From positions 4,173 through 68,172 of IMG/VR virus record IMGVR_UViG_3300033076_001578: DNA of 64,000 nucleotides; one strand, written 5' to 3'. The stretch's first letter is position 1; each line of letters starts with the position of its first letter. Made by a program: the position numbers and the translations under genes. This document shows positions 52,780-62,633 of the stretch, piece after piece. Source of the DNA: a virus (Duplodnaviria; Caudoviricetes). The notes under the pieces were generated by a model. That model ran no database searches, had not been told where the DNA came from, and was given only the letters and a program-made list of their open reading frames with translations.

Positions 52780-53724
52780 TTATGCCGCCGCTTCCACGGG
52801 CTTGGTCGAGTACGCGTCGACGACCGTGACCCACGACGCCGCGTCGGCCTGCCGGAAGTTGCCGACGTGGCGAACCTGGCTGATCTGGAACACCCCCTGG
52901 AACGTCGCCTTCGCGTTGATGAACGGCGACGTCGTCCCCGGACCAGTCGTGACGAGCGCCGGTGGGAACTTGATGAAGTCTCCCACCTTGAGGTCGGATC
53001 GCATGGCGAACTTGGTCTGGACCGACAAGGGATCGATCCACGTCGGCTGGCCGATCATGTCCCTGAAGACGATCTCGATCGGGTTGGATTCGACGGAGCC
53101 GTCGTAGACCGTGAGAGTCTTGTCGGAGAGCGCGATGTCGACGCCGGGGTAGGCGTCGGCGTTGACGATCGAGCGGCTGACGTCCTTCACGTACTGCGCG
53201 AACTGCGTGAGCGTTCCGTAGAAGCCGACTTCGTCGGCCGGGAGTACCAGCTTTTCGTCGATCTTCACGTCGACGTCGAAGTCCGGGAAGGCGGTAGTCA
53301 GCGTTGACCGGACAGCGTCCGAGAGCTTCGTATCCTTCTTCCAGTTTAGGACGATGTTCTTCGGATCTTCCGTCGACCCCGTCCCGGGGTAAATGATCAA
53401 GTCGAGCGACTGCTCGGTCCCGATCCAGTTGCCGAAGGCTTGGAAGACGTCGCCCTTGACGAGGAGTCCCGCCTGCGAGGGGTTCGCCAGGGGGAGTCCC
53501 TTCTGGAATCCGCCGTAGACCTCGATGGGCTTATTGTTGAGGTCCGATGCCTGGCTGATCTCCTGAAGCGACACGCCCCAGATCTTGACGATGGCTGCGC
53601 CGGACGGCGTCGCGAATGCAAAGACGGGGATGTCCATCTCGATGTTCAGTGCGCCCGGGATGTTCTTGCCGCCCGCATAGCTGGTGTATGTCTTTCCGCC
53701 GACGACGACCTTGTAGTACCTCAC
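52780..53724 (-). CDS. Baseplate hub protein (gpD/gp27-like)
   Basis: Start GTG 53724 (MRYYKVVVG...); IWGV, G..FQ..GNW.G, DMIGQPTW, A...W.T motifs. Confidence 0.8.
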   Translation of the reverse strand: MRYYKVVVGGKTYTSYAGGKNIPGALNIEMDIPVFAFATPSGAAIVKIWGVSLQEISQASDLNNKPIEVYGGFQKGLPLANPSQAGLLVKGDVFQAFGNWIGTEQSLDLIIYPGTGSTEDPKNIVLNWKKDTKLSDAVRSTLTTAFPDFDVDVKIDEKLVLPADEVGFYGTLTQFAQYVKDVSRSIVNADAYPGVDIALSDKTLTVYDGSVESNPIEIVFRDMIGQPTWIDPLSVQTKFAMRSDLKVGDFIKFPPALVTTGPGTTSPFINAKATFQGVFQISQVRHVGNFRQADAASWVTVVDAYSTKPVEAAA

Positions 53725-54206
53725 GGGCGGACCTCGAACTGGCGGTTCGGTGTGCGGTAGACGAGCGACGAGTTGAAGTAGCCACCGGCGAGGTTGGTGT
53801 TGCGGAAGGCGCTCCCGGGAACGACGGTCGGACCGGGATCGACCGACAGCGGGAAGGTGAACGTGTATGCGTCGACGACGAGGACGTCGTGCGTCCCGTT
53901 GTAGGCGTCCGGGTTGGCGCCGGAGATCACGATCCGGACGGTCTGCCCCGGCGCGTAGCCGTGCCGGTCCGCGAACGTGGCCGTCGCCACGCCCGCTTCC
54001 CAGGAAATGTCCTCGATCGTGATGCCAGCCGGTGACCCGACCATCGCGCGCGTGAAGACGCGCGTCCCGTCGAGCCTGTAGCACGAGATCAGGTAGCGCC
54101 GACCAAAGAGTATCCACGTCACGACGCACGTGTAAACCTGTCCGTCGAGCGTCGGTTGGAACTCGAACGGCGCGACATTCGATGGAGCGAAGTCGAACGT
54201 GGTCAC
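53721..54206 (-). CDS. Baseplate/tail protein with an inserted beta-barrel module
   Basis: PF.FQ.TLDG..Y...V.W..FG.RY scaffold interrupted by HG..PG.V.I.GA.P..YNG. Confidence 0.75.
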   Translation of the reverse strand: MTTFDFAPSNVAPFEFQPTLDGQVYTCVVTWILFGRRYLISCYRLDGTRVFTRAMVGSPAGITIEDISWEAGVATATFADRHGYAPGQTVRIVISGANPDAYNGTHDVLVVDAYTFTFPLSVDPGPTVVPGSAFRNTNLAGGYFNSSLVYRTPNRQFEVRP

Positions 54207-54955
54207 GGCGCCAGCCTATCGGTTCCGACGGACCGGGGGCGTACCGACGAACCGGCCGCGCCAGCGCCCGAAAGGTTGGACGCCGCCGGAACGGTGCTCG
54301 GGGCCGCCAGGCTGGGCGGCTCGCCTACGGTCGGCGGAGTGCCGGACCAGGTCGGCGGATCACCCTCGACCGGCGTACCGCCGCTGATCTTCCGCATGAG
54401 GTTGTTCTCGGCGGCGTCAGCTTCCTCCTGCGTTAGGAGCGGCTTGTAGAAGTTCCACTGGTACATCATCTGAACCTGCTTTGACTCGCCGTCGGTGACG
54501 TCGGTCAGGTTCAGGAGGAGGAGGTTCGTATAAAGGAACGCGGGCGTCGCGACCGTGAAGGTGCCGCCCTGGTTGATATGGTCGTCGATCGACGCCTTCA
54601 GCGCCGTCATGACCGAGAGCTTCTGCGCGTAGCCGCCGTCGCGGACGGGGCAAATCATCAGGAGCGACACCTTGAGGGGTTGCACGATGATCGCGTTCGC
54701 CGCGATGGCCTGGTTCGCGAAGGGGTACTCGCCGACGGTGTTCTCGATCAAGGTCGACCCCGGCAGGGGGACGAACTTGGCGAAGTAGTCGTCGGTCGAC
54801 CCGATGCTGCCGACGCCGGAAAGTCCGTCCGAAAAAGCCTCGGGCTGCGTCAGCGACATGATCGGAGTCATGCCGCCCGGGACGCCGGACGAGCTGCCGC
54901 CCGTCAGGATGATTGGGCTGACCTCGTAGGAGAGCTGGAAGTCGGAGAAGCTCAT
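54203..54955 (-). CDS. Tail/baseplate protein (tube initiator position)
   Basis: FQLSYEVSPIILTGG, YPFANQ..AANA, H...GG.F.V.TP motifs; follows the tape measure gene. Confidence 0.7.
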   Translation of the reverse strand: MSFSDFQLSYEVSPIILTGGSSSGVPGGMTPIMSLTQPEAFSDGLSGVGSIGSTDDYFAKFVPLPGSTLIENTVGEYPFANQAIAANAIIVQPLKVSLLMICPVRDGGYAQKLSVMTALKASIDDHINQGGTFTVATPAFLYTNLLLLNLTDVTDGESKQVQMMYQWNFYKPLLTQEEADAAENNLMRKISGGTPVEGDPPTWSGTPPTVGEPPSLAAPSTVPAASNLSGAGAAGSSVRPRSVGTDRLAP

Positions 54956-56847
54956 CCTTGTTTCGCGACCTGGCTTTGCTGCACGACGGCGGAGCCGCCC
55001 GTGTTATTGTTGATGGTGATCTTGGCTTCAACGCGAGCGGGCTTCGCGGCAGGCGCCGGTGCAGAGCGTGCTTGCGCGGCGGGCTTCGCGTCCGACTCCC
55101 TACGCGGTGAAATATACTGCGCGACCTGGTCCGGCGTGTAGGCCTTCCGGCCCTCGTGCTTCGTTATCGCCGCGACGACCTTCGCGAGGACGGTTGGGTC
55201 GTCAGCATCGATCTTCGCGTCGCGCTTGATCCCGGTCAGTTTTTCGACATGTCGTGCGTAAGATCCGACGTCGTTCTTGTCGGACGCCGGAGCATATTTA
55301 GTGATGATCTTTTCTATCGTGTCGAGCTTATCGCGCTTGACGTAGAGTTTGATCTGGTTCGCGATCGCACGAATACCGTCGCCAGCCGTCGCGAACTGCG
55401 CGAAGCCGGTCGACCGACCCGGCATCCTGATGTTACCAGGGTTCGAGTCGTTTGGGCGCGGGTTCCATACGGCAGTCGCGCCAAGAAGCCTCCGTTGACC
55501 ACTCAACTTGTTCATCTTGTCGCCGATCGCGTCCCGGGTCTTTCCGAGGCCGCCGTTTCGGCTCATCCAGCTGCCCGGGTCATACCAGCGCGCAGGGCGA
55601 TCGACATTCGGCTCGCCGAACTTCGCTTTTTGATAGTCCGCGAGCGAAAAAGGCTTCCCACTGTCGACGAGCTTCTTGACACGGTCACGGCTCTCGACAG
55701 CTTCCGGACTGTTATCCGGGAGGAGTCCAAGCCAGCGCATGGCAGACGCGATCTTCTTCGCAGCGTAGGAAACGTCGTTCGCGACGTTCTTGACGTCTTC
55801 ACGGAACTTCTTCGAGCCGAGGTACTTACCGAAGTCCTCGATCCCCTCGCCGATCCCCTTGATCGTCGAAGGATCAATTCCGGTCAGGAAATTCTTCAAA
55901 GCATTCGCGACCGAGTCGGACAACTTTGCGAGCGGCCCGGCGAGCGGCGCCAGCGCATTGACGAGAACGGTCTCGATCTTGCCCTTCGCGCGGTCCAGCT
56001 GGACGCCGAGGTCCTGCCACTTCTTGGCCGTCGCGTCGGACAGCCCGAGCTCGTTGACGCCGCGGGCATAAGACCCCCTGAACTCGGCGAGCTCGGCCGG
56101 GGACGTGCGCTTCAGGCGGCGCGCGTCCTCGAGCGAGATGAACTGGTCGAGGCGGCGCGCGGTCAGGACCTGCGCCAGCTGGGCCTCGGGGGTCTTGTCG
56201 ACGATGCGCTTAAGCAGGGGAATCAGGTCGTTCGCGACCGCGCCCGTGCTCTTGCCCTCGAAGTCCTTGCCGGACATGCCTGCGCCGAACAGCGCGGCGC
56301 GCTTGGTCACGTCCGTCATGGCCTCGGAAACGCCGGTGAGGAACGCCTTGGGGTCGACGAGGCGGGAGTAGGTGTTCTCGAAAGACTTTTCTTCGCCGTA
56401 CGTGGCGCCGATGCCCTGCGACGAGCGGCGGCCTGCGCCCACCCCGCCAGCGAGGCGGTCGAGGCCCAGGAGGCCGCCGTAGCCCAGGAGGCCGCCGGTC
56501 AGGGTACCGATCGACGACCACTTGAAGATCGCTGCCGTGATGTTCGCGACGGACTTCGCGACGTCGCGGAAGGACGGTGCGAAGCCGCGCATGATCCGCT
56601 GCTGCTTTTCGAGTTGCCGGGTCTTCTCGGCTTCCTCGCGGGCGATCTTTCGGTTGATCGCTTCGTGGGTCAGGAGCCCGGCGACCAGGTTCTCGACGTT
56701 CATCGCCGTCCCGGCCGCAGCCTTTTCGGCGGCGCCCCAGACGCCCGGCGTCTGCCCGAGCGCCTCCCGGTACTTCTCGAACAGCTTCGAGAAGTCCTTG
56801 AAGGCCTCGTCGTTGACTTCGACGTCGATGACGGACTTTACGGCCAC
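54952..56847 (-). CDS. Tape measure protein with a C-terminal lysozyme-like domain
   Basis: MAVKSVIDV.V start and helical body; C-terminal NPGNIR...F.....GIRA...Q...Y...TI..II.KYAP...ND...Y. Confidence 0.85.
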   Translation of the reverse strand: MAVKSVIDVEVNDEAFKDFSKLFEKYREALGQTPGVWGAAEKAAAGTAMNVENLVAGLLTHEAINRKIAREEAEKTRQLEKQQRIMRGFAPSFRDVAKSVANITAAIFKWSSIGTLTGGLLGYGGLLGLDRLAGGVGAGRRSSQGIGATYGEEKSFENTYSRLVDPKAFLTGVSEAMTDVTKRAALFGAGMSGKDFEGKSTGAVANDLIPLLKRIVDKTPEAQLAQVLTARRLDQFISLEDARRLKRTSPAELAEFRGSYARGVNELGLSDATAKKWQDLGVQLDRAKGKIETVLVNALAPLAGPLAKLSDSVANALKNFLTGIDPSTIKGIGEGIEDFGKYLGSKKFREDVKNVANDVSYAAKKIASAMRWLGLLPDNSPEAVESRDRVKKLVDSGKPFSLADYQKAKFGEPNVDRPARWYDPGSWMSRNGGLGKTRDAIGDKMNKLSGQRRLLGATAVWNPRPNDSNPGNIRMPGRSTGFAQFATAGDGIRAIANQIKLYVKRDKLDTIEKIITKYAPASDKNDVGSYARHVEKLTGIKRDAKIDADDPTVLAKVVAAITKHEGRKAYTPDQVAQYISPRRESDAKPAAQARSAPAPAAKPARVEAKITINNNTGGSAVVQQSQVAKQG

Positions 56848-57161
56848 GATGAAGACCTTCTATTTGCGGCCGCTATGGCAGCGACGACGTGGCGTTGGCG
56901 GAACTCGTGGGCGGACGAGAAGTTTTCCCCGTACTGCTTGACGAACTCGGAGAAGCCGTCGTCCGCGGCCCAGCTCAGGATGGAATGGACGATGGTTTGG
57001 CCTTCTCTCCAGTACTGGCGGTCGCGGTCGACGTCGCCAAAGAAGCCGAGTACGCCGTAGAGTTCAATGACGAGGTTTGCGCATCCCAGATCCTCGAGAC
57101 GACTGCCATGATCACCGGGAGCTCGCTTCTTTTGTGCATTGACGAGGCGACCGTAAAAAAA
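56838..57161 (-). CDS. Putative frameshift (GT-type) extension of the tail assembly chaperone
   Basis: The -1 frame is open from the T7 run at 57155-57161 to the stop at 56838, has no good start codon, and ends on the tape measure start. Confidence 0.55.
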   Translation of the reverse strand, partial: FFYGRLVNAQKKRAPGDHGSRLEDLGCANLVIELYGVLGFFGDVDRDRQYWREGQTIVHSILSWAADDGFSEFVKQYGENFSSAHEFRQRHVVAAIAAANRRSSSWP

Positions 57162-57553
57162 GCGAGGGCGTTTTCGACCTCCGAGACGTCCTCGGGAGAG
57201 ATCATGCCCTTGGCCGCGGCCTCGTCGAGCGGGATCGGCTTCCAGGCACCGTTCGCGTCCGGCGCAATGAAGTTCGAAAGACGACGCATCTCGCCGAACA
57301 GGCTGCGCTCGACGCCGTCTTCGCCCTCCCACTTCTCGGCGGCGATCGCCAGCTTCTTGACCAGCTTCGCCGCGACGCGCGGCCCGGCGAAGAGTCCCAG
57401 GCCGCCCGAGTACATCTCGGCGAAGGCCTGGCCGATGATCATGAAGTGCTGGTCGAATACTTCCTCGCGGATGGGTTCCGCGTGGACGTACGCCGTCGAG
57501 CCGTCCGACCGCTCGATAGGTATGACGAAGTTGAGACGCTTATCGATTTTCAT
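56975..57553 (-). CDS. Tail assembly chaperone (G-type)
   Basis: Located between tube and tape measure; MKID..LN.VIP, YVH..PI..E.F; Ser/Thr-rich tail with atypical codons. Confidence 0.75.
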   Translation of the reverse strand: MKIDKRLNFVIPIERSDGSTAYVHAEPIREEVFDQHFMIIGQAFAEMYSGGLGLFAGPRVAAKLVKKLAIAAEKWEGEDGVERSLFGEMRRLSNFIAPDANGAWKPIPLDEAAAKGMISPEDVSEVENALAFFTVASSMHKRSELPVIMAVVSRIWDAQTSSLNSTAYSASLATSTATASTGEKAKPSSIPS

Positions 57554-57582
57554 TTGCCCTTTGCCCTTCTAGGTCCCGCTGG

Positions 57583-58020
57583 CTAGTTCCAGAGGGAGTT
57601 GTTCACGTTCCAGTTGCCGCCGATGCTGACGGCGTACCCCGCGACCTTGCCGTTGAACATCAGCTCGGCGACTTCGTCGATCGAGCAGTTCGAGAGGTAG
57701 TAGGGGGTCAGCGTCCGCGAGTCGGGGCGGACGGTCAGGTCGCCGATCAGCGAGCTGTCCTCCATCTGGGCCTTAAACAGGCTCGAGAGGAACTGCGACT
57801 TCAGCAGGTTGATCGTCACGGTCGTCGGGACGTACGGCTCCGGGGACGGGACCGATCCAGTCATCGCCTGGATGCGCGTCGTCACCGGCCCGTTCAGCCG
57901 GAGGGAGATGCCCTCCTCGCCGAGGAAGGACGCGGTGACGTTCAGCTGCGGGAAGAGGGGGATCAGGACGCTCGCGCGGAGCCTGTTCAGTACGCCGAGG
58001 TCGGCCAGGGGGTTCGCCAT
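57583..58020 (-). CDS. Tail tube protein
   Basis: 145 aa directly after the sheath; G.LNRLRASV, LNVTAS.LG.EGI, SPEPY. Confidence 0.8.
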   Translation of the reverse strand: MANPLADLGVLNRLRASVLIPLFPQLNVTASFLGEEGISLRLNGPVTTRIQAMTGSVPSPEPYVPTTVTINLLKSQFLSSLFKAQMEDSSLIGDLTVRPDSRTLTPYYLSNCSIDEVAELMFNGKVAGYAVSIGGNWNVNNSLWN

Positions 58021-58035
58021 TTGTCGAGGTGTCCT

Positions 58036-59445
58036 TTACTGCGCGACGAAGTCGCTGACGTTGACGGTGAACAGAATGTGGATGAATCCATTCTGCGCGA
58101 TGTATCCGGCGGTCATGCCGTCGTACTCGCCGATCTTGTAGTCACCCGGGTTCGCCCTCGCGTAGTCGAGGAAGGGTACGGCGTTGACGAACAGCTTGCC
58201 GTTAAACTCGCCTGCCGCGATCGCAGCAGAGAGCTCATCCCCATTGTAGGAGGTCTGGGCGACCTGGCCGTTCGCCAGGCCCCAGGAGATCAGGCTGTTC
58301 AGCGTCCCGACCTCGACGCCCTGGAGGCGGTCGATGCCGTCCTGGTTGTAGTAGAGCGGGTTCTGCGGGTTGTTCGACCCGTTGATCACGGCGTTGGCGA
58401 TGTTGATGTCCGAGTAGATCTGGAGGGCGTCCACCGAGTACCAGTAGGTGAAGCCGCGCAGGTCCATCGTCGTGCCCCAGAGCAGGATCGTGTTGCTGAT
58501 CCCGCCCTCGGCGCCGGTGCCGACGTAGTTGACGCCCGCCGTCTTGAGCGCGGCGAGGGTCGAGCTGTTGCCCTTCGTCGGGTACGGCGTGACGCCGAAC
58601 AGGTACGAGAAGGAGAATGGCGTGACCTTGTTCGTCGGGCTCGGCCGGTAGGCGAGCGAGACGTAGAAGGCGGCCGCCAGCGAGAACTCCGAGCTCGGCG
58701 CGTCCGGGGATTCGACGAGGCCGATGACGCATTTGTCAAGCGCGTCGAAGTCCGTGTAGTTGCTCAGGTCCATCGTCGTGAAGAAGTAGGTCTTCGACGT
58801 CGGCGCCTGGAAGCCCTGGAGGAACGTCAGGTAGGTGGACTCGTCCGCCCAGGAGCGCGGGACGAGGTAGCTGTAGAAGAAGCCCTCGGAGCCCGGGGTG
58901 TAGTTCGCGTTCGGGTTCGCCGTGATATAGGCGTCCAGAGCGGTCACGCCGGTCGCAGCGTCGCCTTCGCCCAGCTCGAGGACCCAGACGGCCTGGCGCG
59001 AGCCCTGCGCGAAGAAGGTCGTCGCCATCGAGGTCAGTTCCTCGACGTCGCCGTCCGTGTAGACGATCGTGCCGGTCGCCGGGGAAGTGGTACCCGATGC
59101 GATCGCGAACGTGAACGCCGTCGTGGTCGTGGCGGTAACGGTCTTCCGGCCGTTGTAGGCGGTCGGGGTCGCACCGGCGATGACGACGTCAACGACGTCG
59201 CCGACGGGGATGCCGTGGGCGGCGGTCGTGGTCGCCGTCGCCAGACCGGCGGTCTGCGTCAGGCTGGTGATGGCGAGCGCGCCCTTGAGGATGTCGGCGA
59301 GGTCCGCGAGCTCGACGAGGAGGGAGGATTCCCCGGCGGCGAGCGTCGTCGCCCCCTGGGAGATCAGCGCGCCGCTCGACTGGAGGGTCGAGGGGGTCGG
59401 CGCGACCGTCTGTGTGACGGCGACCGTCACGATCGAATTGGCCAT
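58036..59445 (-). CDS. Tail sheath protein (DUF3383-like) with an inserted beta-barrel module
   Basis: N.IV.V.V.Q..A start; YW..VD..QI, N.L.Y.Q.GID.L, GFI.I...V.V C-terminus. Confidence 0.88.
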   Translation of the reverse strand: MANSIVTVAVTQTVAPTPSTLQSSGALISQGATTLAAGESSLLVELADLADILKGALAITSLTQTAGLATATTTAAHGIPVGDVVDVVIAGATPTAYNGRKTVTATTTTAFTFAIASGTTSPATGTIVYTDGDVEELTSMATTFFAQGSRQAVWVLELGEGDAATGVTALDAYITANPNANYTPGSEGFFYSYLVPRSWADESTYLTFLQGFQAPTSKTYFFTTMDLSNYTDFDALDKCVIGLVESPDAPSSEFSLAAAFYVSLAYRPSPTNKVTPFSFSYLFGVTPYPTKGNSSTLAALKTAGVNYVGTGAEGGISNTILLWGTTMDLRGFTYWYSVDALQIYSDINIANAVINGSNNPQNPLYYNQDGIDRLQGVEVGTLNSLISWGLANGQVAQTSYNGDELSAAIAAGEFNGKLFVNAVPFLDYARANPGDYKIGEYDGMTAGYIAQNGFIHILFTVNVSDFVAQ

Positions 59446-59484
59446 GTCGTTTCCTTGTCTGTGGGGTTGTCGGGTCGGGCGCGC

Positions 59485-60051
59485 TTAGAACGCGGCGGCG
59501 ACGACGGCCCCGGGGGCGAGCGGCGCGTAGCGCAGGAAGTGCTTCCAGGTCCCGGTCGTCGAGCCGACGCCGATGACAGCCTTCAGGGCACCGGCGGGGA
59601 CGGTCAGGAGGCCGTTCGCAACGATGTTCGCGGCGTTGGCATTAACCAGGGGGGCCGTCGCGAGCGCGGTGCCCTGGAATACGACGGAGGTCCCGATCGC
59701 GGCGTTCGCCAGGGAGGCCGAGGCGCCGGAGATCGTCTGCGTCAGCGTGCCGAGCGTGCTCGTCGACTGGTACTGCAACGTCGACGCTGTCGCATCGTTC
59801 GCGGTCTGGCAGATCGAAACAAGGCCGAGGATCTGGATCGGGCCGCCGGTGATGGTGAAGAGCGACAGGCCGTTCGTCATGACGGCGGCGCCGGTCGCGA
59901 CGCTCTGAGGAGCCGCAGCAAGCAGATCTTCGATGGAGGCGAACTGCGCGGGGGACATGATGACGTTGCCGTCCGCGTCGACCTGGATCAGCTTCGGGGC
60001 GCGGCTGGGGTTCTGGCCGTAGGCGTATGCGGGAATCGGATTCTGCGACAT
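59485..60051 (-). CDS. Extra virion-like beta-rich protein between neck and sheath genes
   Basis: LFTITGGPIQI.GL...T...W...Y.PL.PGA.V pattern; Ala/Thr/Gly-rich; has its own GGAG RBS. Confidence 0.7.
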   Translation of the reverse strand: MSQNPIPAYAYGQNPSRAPKLIQVDADGNVIMSPAQFASIEDLLAAAPQSVATGAAVMTNGLSLFTITGGPIQILGLVSICQTANDATASTLQYQSTSTLGTLTQTISGASASLANAAIGTSVVFQGTALATAPLVNANAANIVANGLLTVPAGALKAVIGVGSTTGTWKHFLRYAPLAPGAVVAAAF

Positions 60052-60068
60052 GGTTCTCTCCTTGAGAA

Positions 60069-61094
60069 TTACTGGTCTTTGAGGATGAAGGACGGGACGG
60101 CCTTGAGGATCAGTTGCCGGGCGACGTCCCTCGCTGCCCGCTGATTATAATTGATCTCGTATTCGACGTGCTTCTTCTTTCCGATGACTCCGAGCTCGAC
60201 CTGCTTTTGCTTGACGTCCCGGGCGGCTGGCATGTTCGACACGCCGAAGAGGTTCGTGTCGAGCGAGTACTGGTTGACGAAGTCCACGAAGTTCATCGCG
60301 CCCGCGTTATCGAGTCCCCAGAGCGTGATCCGGACGCGCTCCTTGACGAGCTGCGTGTGCTCGAGGCGGCGCCCCAGGTGCGGGGCCATGGCGATCGCGG
60401 ATCCGGATCCGTCGATCACGTCGACGGTGCAGAACGGCGGCGTCAGGTTCTCCGGCGACAACATCGCGGGATAGAGCCGCGGCGGCGCACCGAACAGCTG
60501 CCAGGGCTCGGCCGCTACGTTGTTCATGGCCAGCCAGATGGGCAGGCTGTTCGACACGATGAGCGCCTGGCTGAATCCGTCCAGCTTGTCAATGAGCTGG
60601 GATTCCATGATCGGGTAGACGGCGTCGCCGACGTAGTGGTGGAGGCCCGCCTGCTGGTAGAAGGACTTCCGCGAGCTGAACGCGAACTTCTTTCCCTGGA
60701 ACTCGCCGATCCAAAGGACGGTGGCGCCGACCTGGTAAAACTCGTTGATGGGTCCCTGCGACGTGAAGACGACGCGGTTGATCTCGTAGTTGCCCTCGAC
60801 CGTCTGCTGGTTGTCGGTCGCGTAGTGCAGAGAGCCCGGCGCGTCGAAGGTCGGCGCGGGCGTCGCCACCGACGGCGGTTCGCCCGGGGCCGCGTAGTTG
60901 GCGGCGAAGGCATTGGCGAGCGCGCCCGCAGAAACGAGGTCGGCCTTGACCCAGAAGATGTATCCGTCGAGCGGCAGGACGAGCTTCACGTACTTCGTGA
61001 ACTTGACCGTTTGGTTCGACGAGATCGCCTCGACGCCAGCCGCGAGGTCGGAGGCGAGGGGCGTCTTCGCTCCGAGTGCTTCGGCGACGCTCAT
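60069..61094 (-). CDS. Neck / tail-completion protein
   Basis: IS.NQ...F..YV...LP.DG..FW, GSLHY and .SN SLP.W motifs; position in the head-tail module. Confidence 0.7.
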   Translation of the reverse strand: MSVAEALGAKTPLASDLAAGVEAISSNQTVKFTKYVKLVLPLDGYIFWVKADLVSAGALANAFAANYAAPGEPPSVATPAPTFDAPGSLHYATDNQQTVEGNYEINRVVFTSQGPINEFYQVGATVLWIGEFQGKKFAFSSRKSFYQQAGLHHYVGDAVYPIMESQLIDKLDGFSQALIVSNSLPIWLAMNNVAAEPWQLFGAPPRLYPAMLSPENLTPPFCTVDVIDGSGSAIAMAPHLGRRLEHTQLVKERVRITLWGLDNAGAMNFVDFVNQYSLDTNLFGVSNMPAARDVKQKQVELGVIGKKKHVEYEINYNQRAARDVARQLILKAVPSFILKDQ

Positions 61095-61095
61095 G

Positions 61096-61608
61096 TTACG
61101 AGATCCAAGCCTTCATCGAGGATTGATACAGGCCCGTGTCGATGAACGAAGGGCGCCTCGGGTTCGCCTTCGCGTACGGGTGCTTGAGGCGGTGGTTGAC
61201 GCCGCGCTTGGCGGCCTCCGTCGGCACGCCCTCGATTCCGATCGTCTCGGCCTCGCGGCTCGAGAGGAAGTCCTTGAAGCTCTCCTCGATCTTCGACAGC
61301 CCCCCTGCGAAGGGGTCGAAGCCAGGGGGGCCTCCCGCGACGATGTTCTCCAGCGCGCCAGCGAGGCTCTCCTCGAGCATGCCGACGATGCCGACCTCCT
61401 TGTTATCGAAGAAGGCTTCCATGACCCCGTACTTGTCTTCCAGGATCGTGGCGACGTCGCCGGTGGTTTTGTATTGCGCGTCGGCGTGCCGGAGCTTCTC
61501 GGGCAGGACGCGCTTTGCGTTCTTGGCGAGCCGCGCCTTGCGCTTGCGGTCCGGTTCGTTCTCCACGTACGGGACGTCGATGACGCCCAGGTGGAGCGTG
61601 ATCGTCAA
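61096..61608 (-). CDS. Neck protein (HK97 gp10-like position)
   Basis: TTG start overlapping the upstream TGA; LHLGVIDVPY, TTGDVA.ILE.KY, RPSFIDTGLY..S..AW. Confidence 0.75.
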   Translation of the reverse strand: MTITLHLGVIDVPYVENEPDRKRKARLAKNAKRVLPEKLRHADAQYKTTGDVATILEDKYGVMEAFFDNKEVGIVGMLEESLAGALENIVAGGPPGFDPFAGGLSKIEESFKDFLSSREAETIGIEGVPTEAAKRGVNHRLKHPYAKANPRRPSFIDTGLYQSSMKAWIS

Positions 61609-62105
61609 GTGAGGCCCCACACGGCCGGGCCGTACGACTGCGCGACTCCCAGGTAGAACCGTCCGTACGGGTCCTTGAGCTGCTGGAGGTTGGCGACGGT
61701 GAAGTCCTTGAAGGCGTCGGGGACGACCATCGACTCCGACGTCGACTCGTCCGCGGCCGCCTGGATCACGCCGCTGACGAATCCGAGCATGTTGTAGGTC
61801 TTGCGCGTGTAGGCGAAGAAGCCGAGGCCCGCGGGGTCGCCCGGCGGGTAGACGACCGTCGGCACCGGGTCCTGCGCAAAGTTGAGCAGGTTGGAGGCCG
61901 CCAGGTTGTAGACCGCCTGCTGGTAGAACAAGGGCGACGCCGCCAGGATCTCGATGAAGACGAGGTCCTTGGCGAGGCAGAAGCAGAGCGGGATCCACGG
62001 CGAATTGTCCGGCAGATGCGCCGTCGTGATCCCCATCTGGTCCCTGATGAATGTCAGGAACCCGGCGAGGGTCGGTCGTTCAGCTGCCGGACAGTCGCAT
62101 GCCAT
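61605..62105 (-). CDS. Head-tail adaptor (DUF4054-like)
   Basis: PTL.GF..F, Y..AVYNL, G.V..AADESTS, L.TPYGR-like KDPYGR.YL. Confidence 0.75.
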   Translation of the reverse strand: MACDCPAAERPTLAGFLTFIRDQMGITTAHLPDNSPWIPLCFCLAKDLVFIEILAASPLFYQQAVYNLAASNLLNFAQDPVPTVVYPPGDPAGLGFFAYTRKTYNMLGFVSGVIQAAADESTSESMVVPDAFKDFTVANLQQLKDPYGRFYLGVAQSYGPAVWGLT

Positions 62106-62108
62106 GGA

Positions 62109-62633
62109 TTAGTTCTTCGGCTTCTTGGACCGGCGCGGCTTCTTGTTTTCGTTCGACGCGTCGGCGAGGTTGTCGATGCGGACGCCCTCGGCCAGGCTCT
62201 CAGACTGGTCGCCCAGGCCGCCGGAGTCGACTTCCTCGATCGAGGTTTCGAGTTCCTTGATCGGGGTCTCGTCGGAGTTCATCACCGCGTTCGCGGCGAC
62301 GGCGCTTTCGATGCGGCGCTTCTTGCCTTCATCGCGCAAGATGCCCTTGTTGCGCTCGAGGACGCGCATGATGGCGGTCGCGGGCACGGGGCTGCCGACC
62401 GAGTAGAGGAAGGTGACCTTGCGCGGGCTCTTGCCCGCTTCGTCGACGTGGACCATGCCGTAGCGGCCCAGCTGATCGACCATTGCTTCGATCGCGGGCG
62501 GACTCAGGTCGCCCGGGACCGTGATCTGGCGGCCAGCCTGGATGGACAGCGACAGCGGCTTGCGCGCGTCGGGGAGACGGAAGTTAGCGGTGTGATTCTG
62601 CGGTGTGCAGTTGGAGATGTAAACTGTCGACAT
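62109..62633 (-). CDS. Hypothetical head-module protein
   Basis: 174 aa after the capsid gene; YI.N...Q.H...FR.P pattern. Confidence 0.7.
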   Translation of the reverse strand: MSTVYISNCTPQNHTANFRLPDARKPLSLSIQAGRQITVPGDLSPPAIEAMVDQLGRYGMVHVDEAGKSPRKVTFLYSVGSPVPATAIMRVLERNKGILRDEGKKRRIESAVAANAVMNSDETPIKELETSIEEVDSGGLGDQSESLAEGVRIDNLADASNENKKPRRSKKPKN

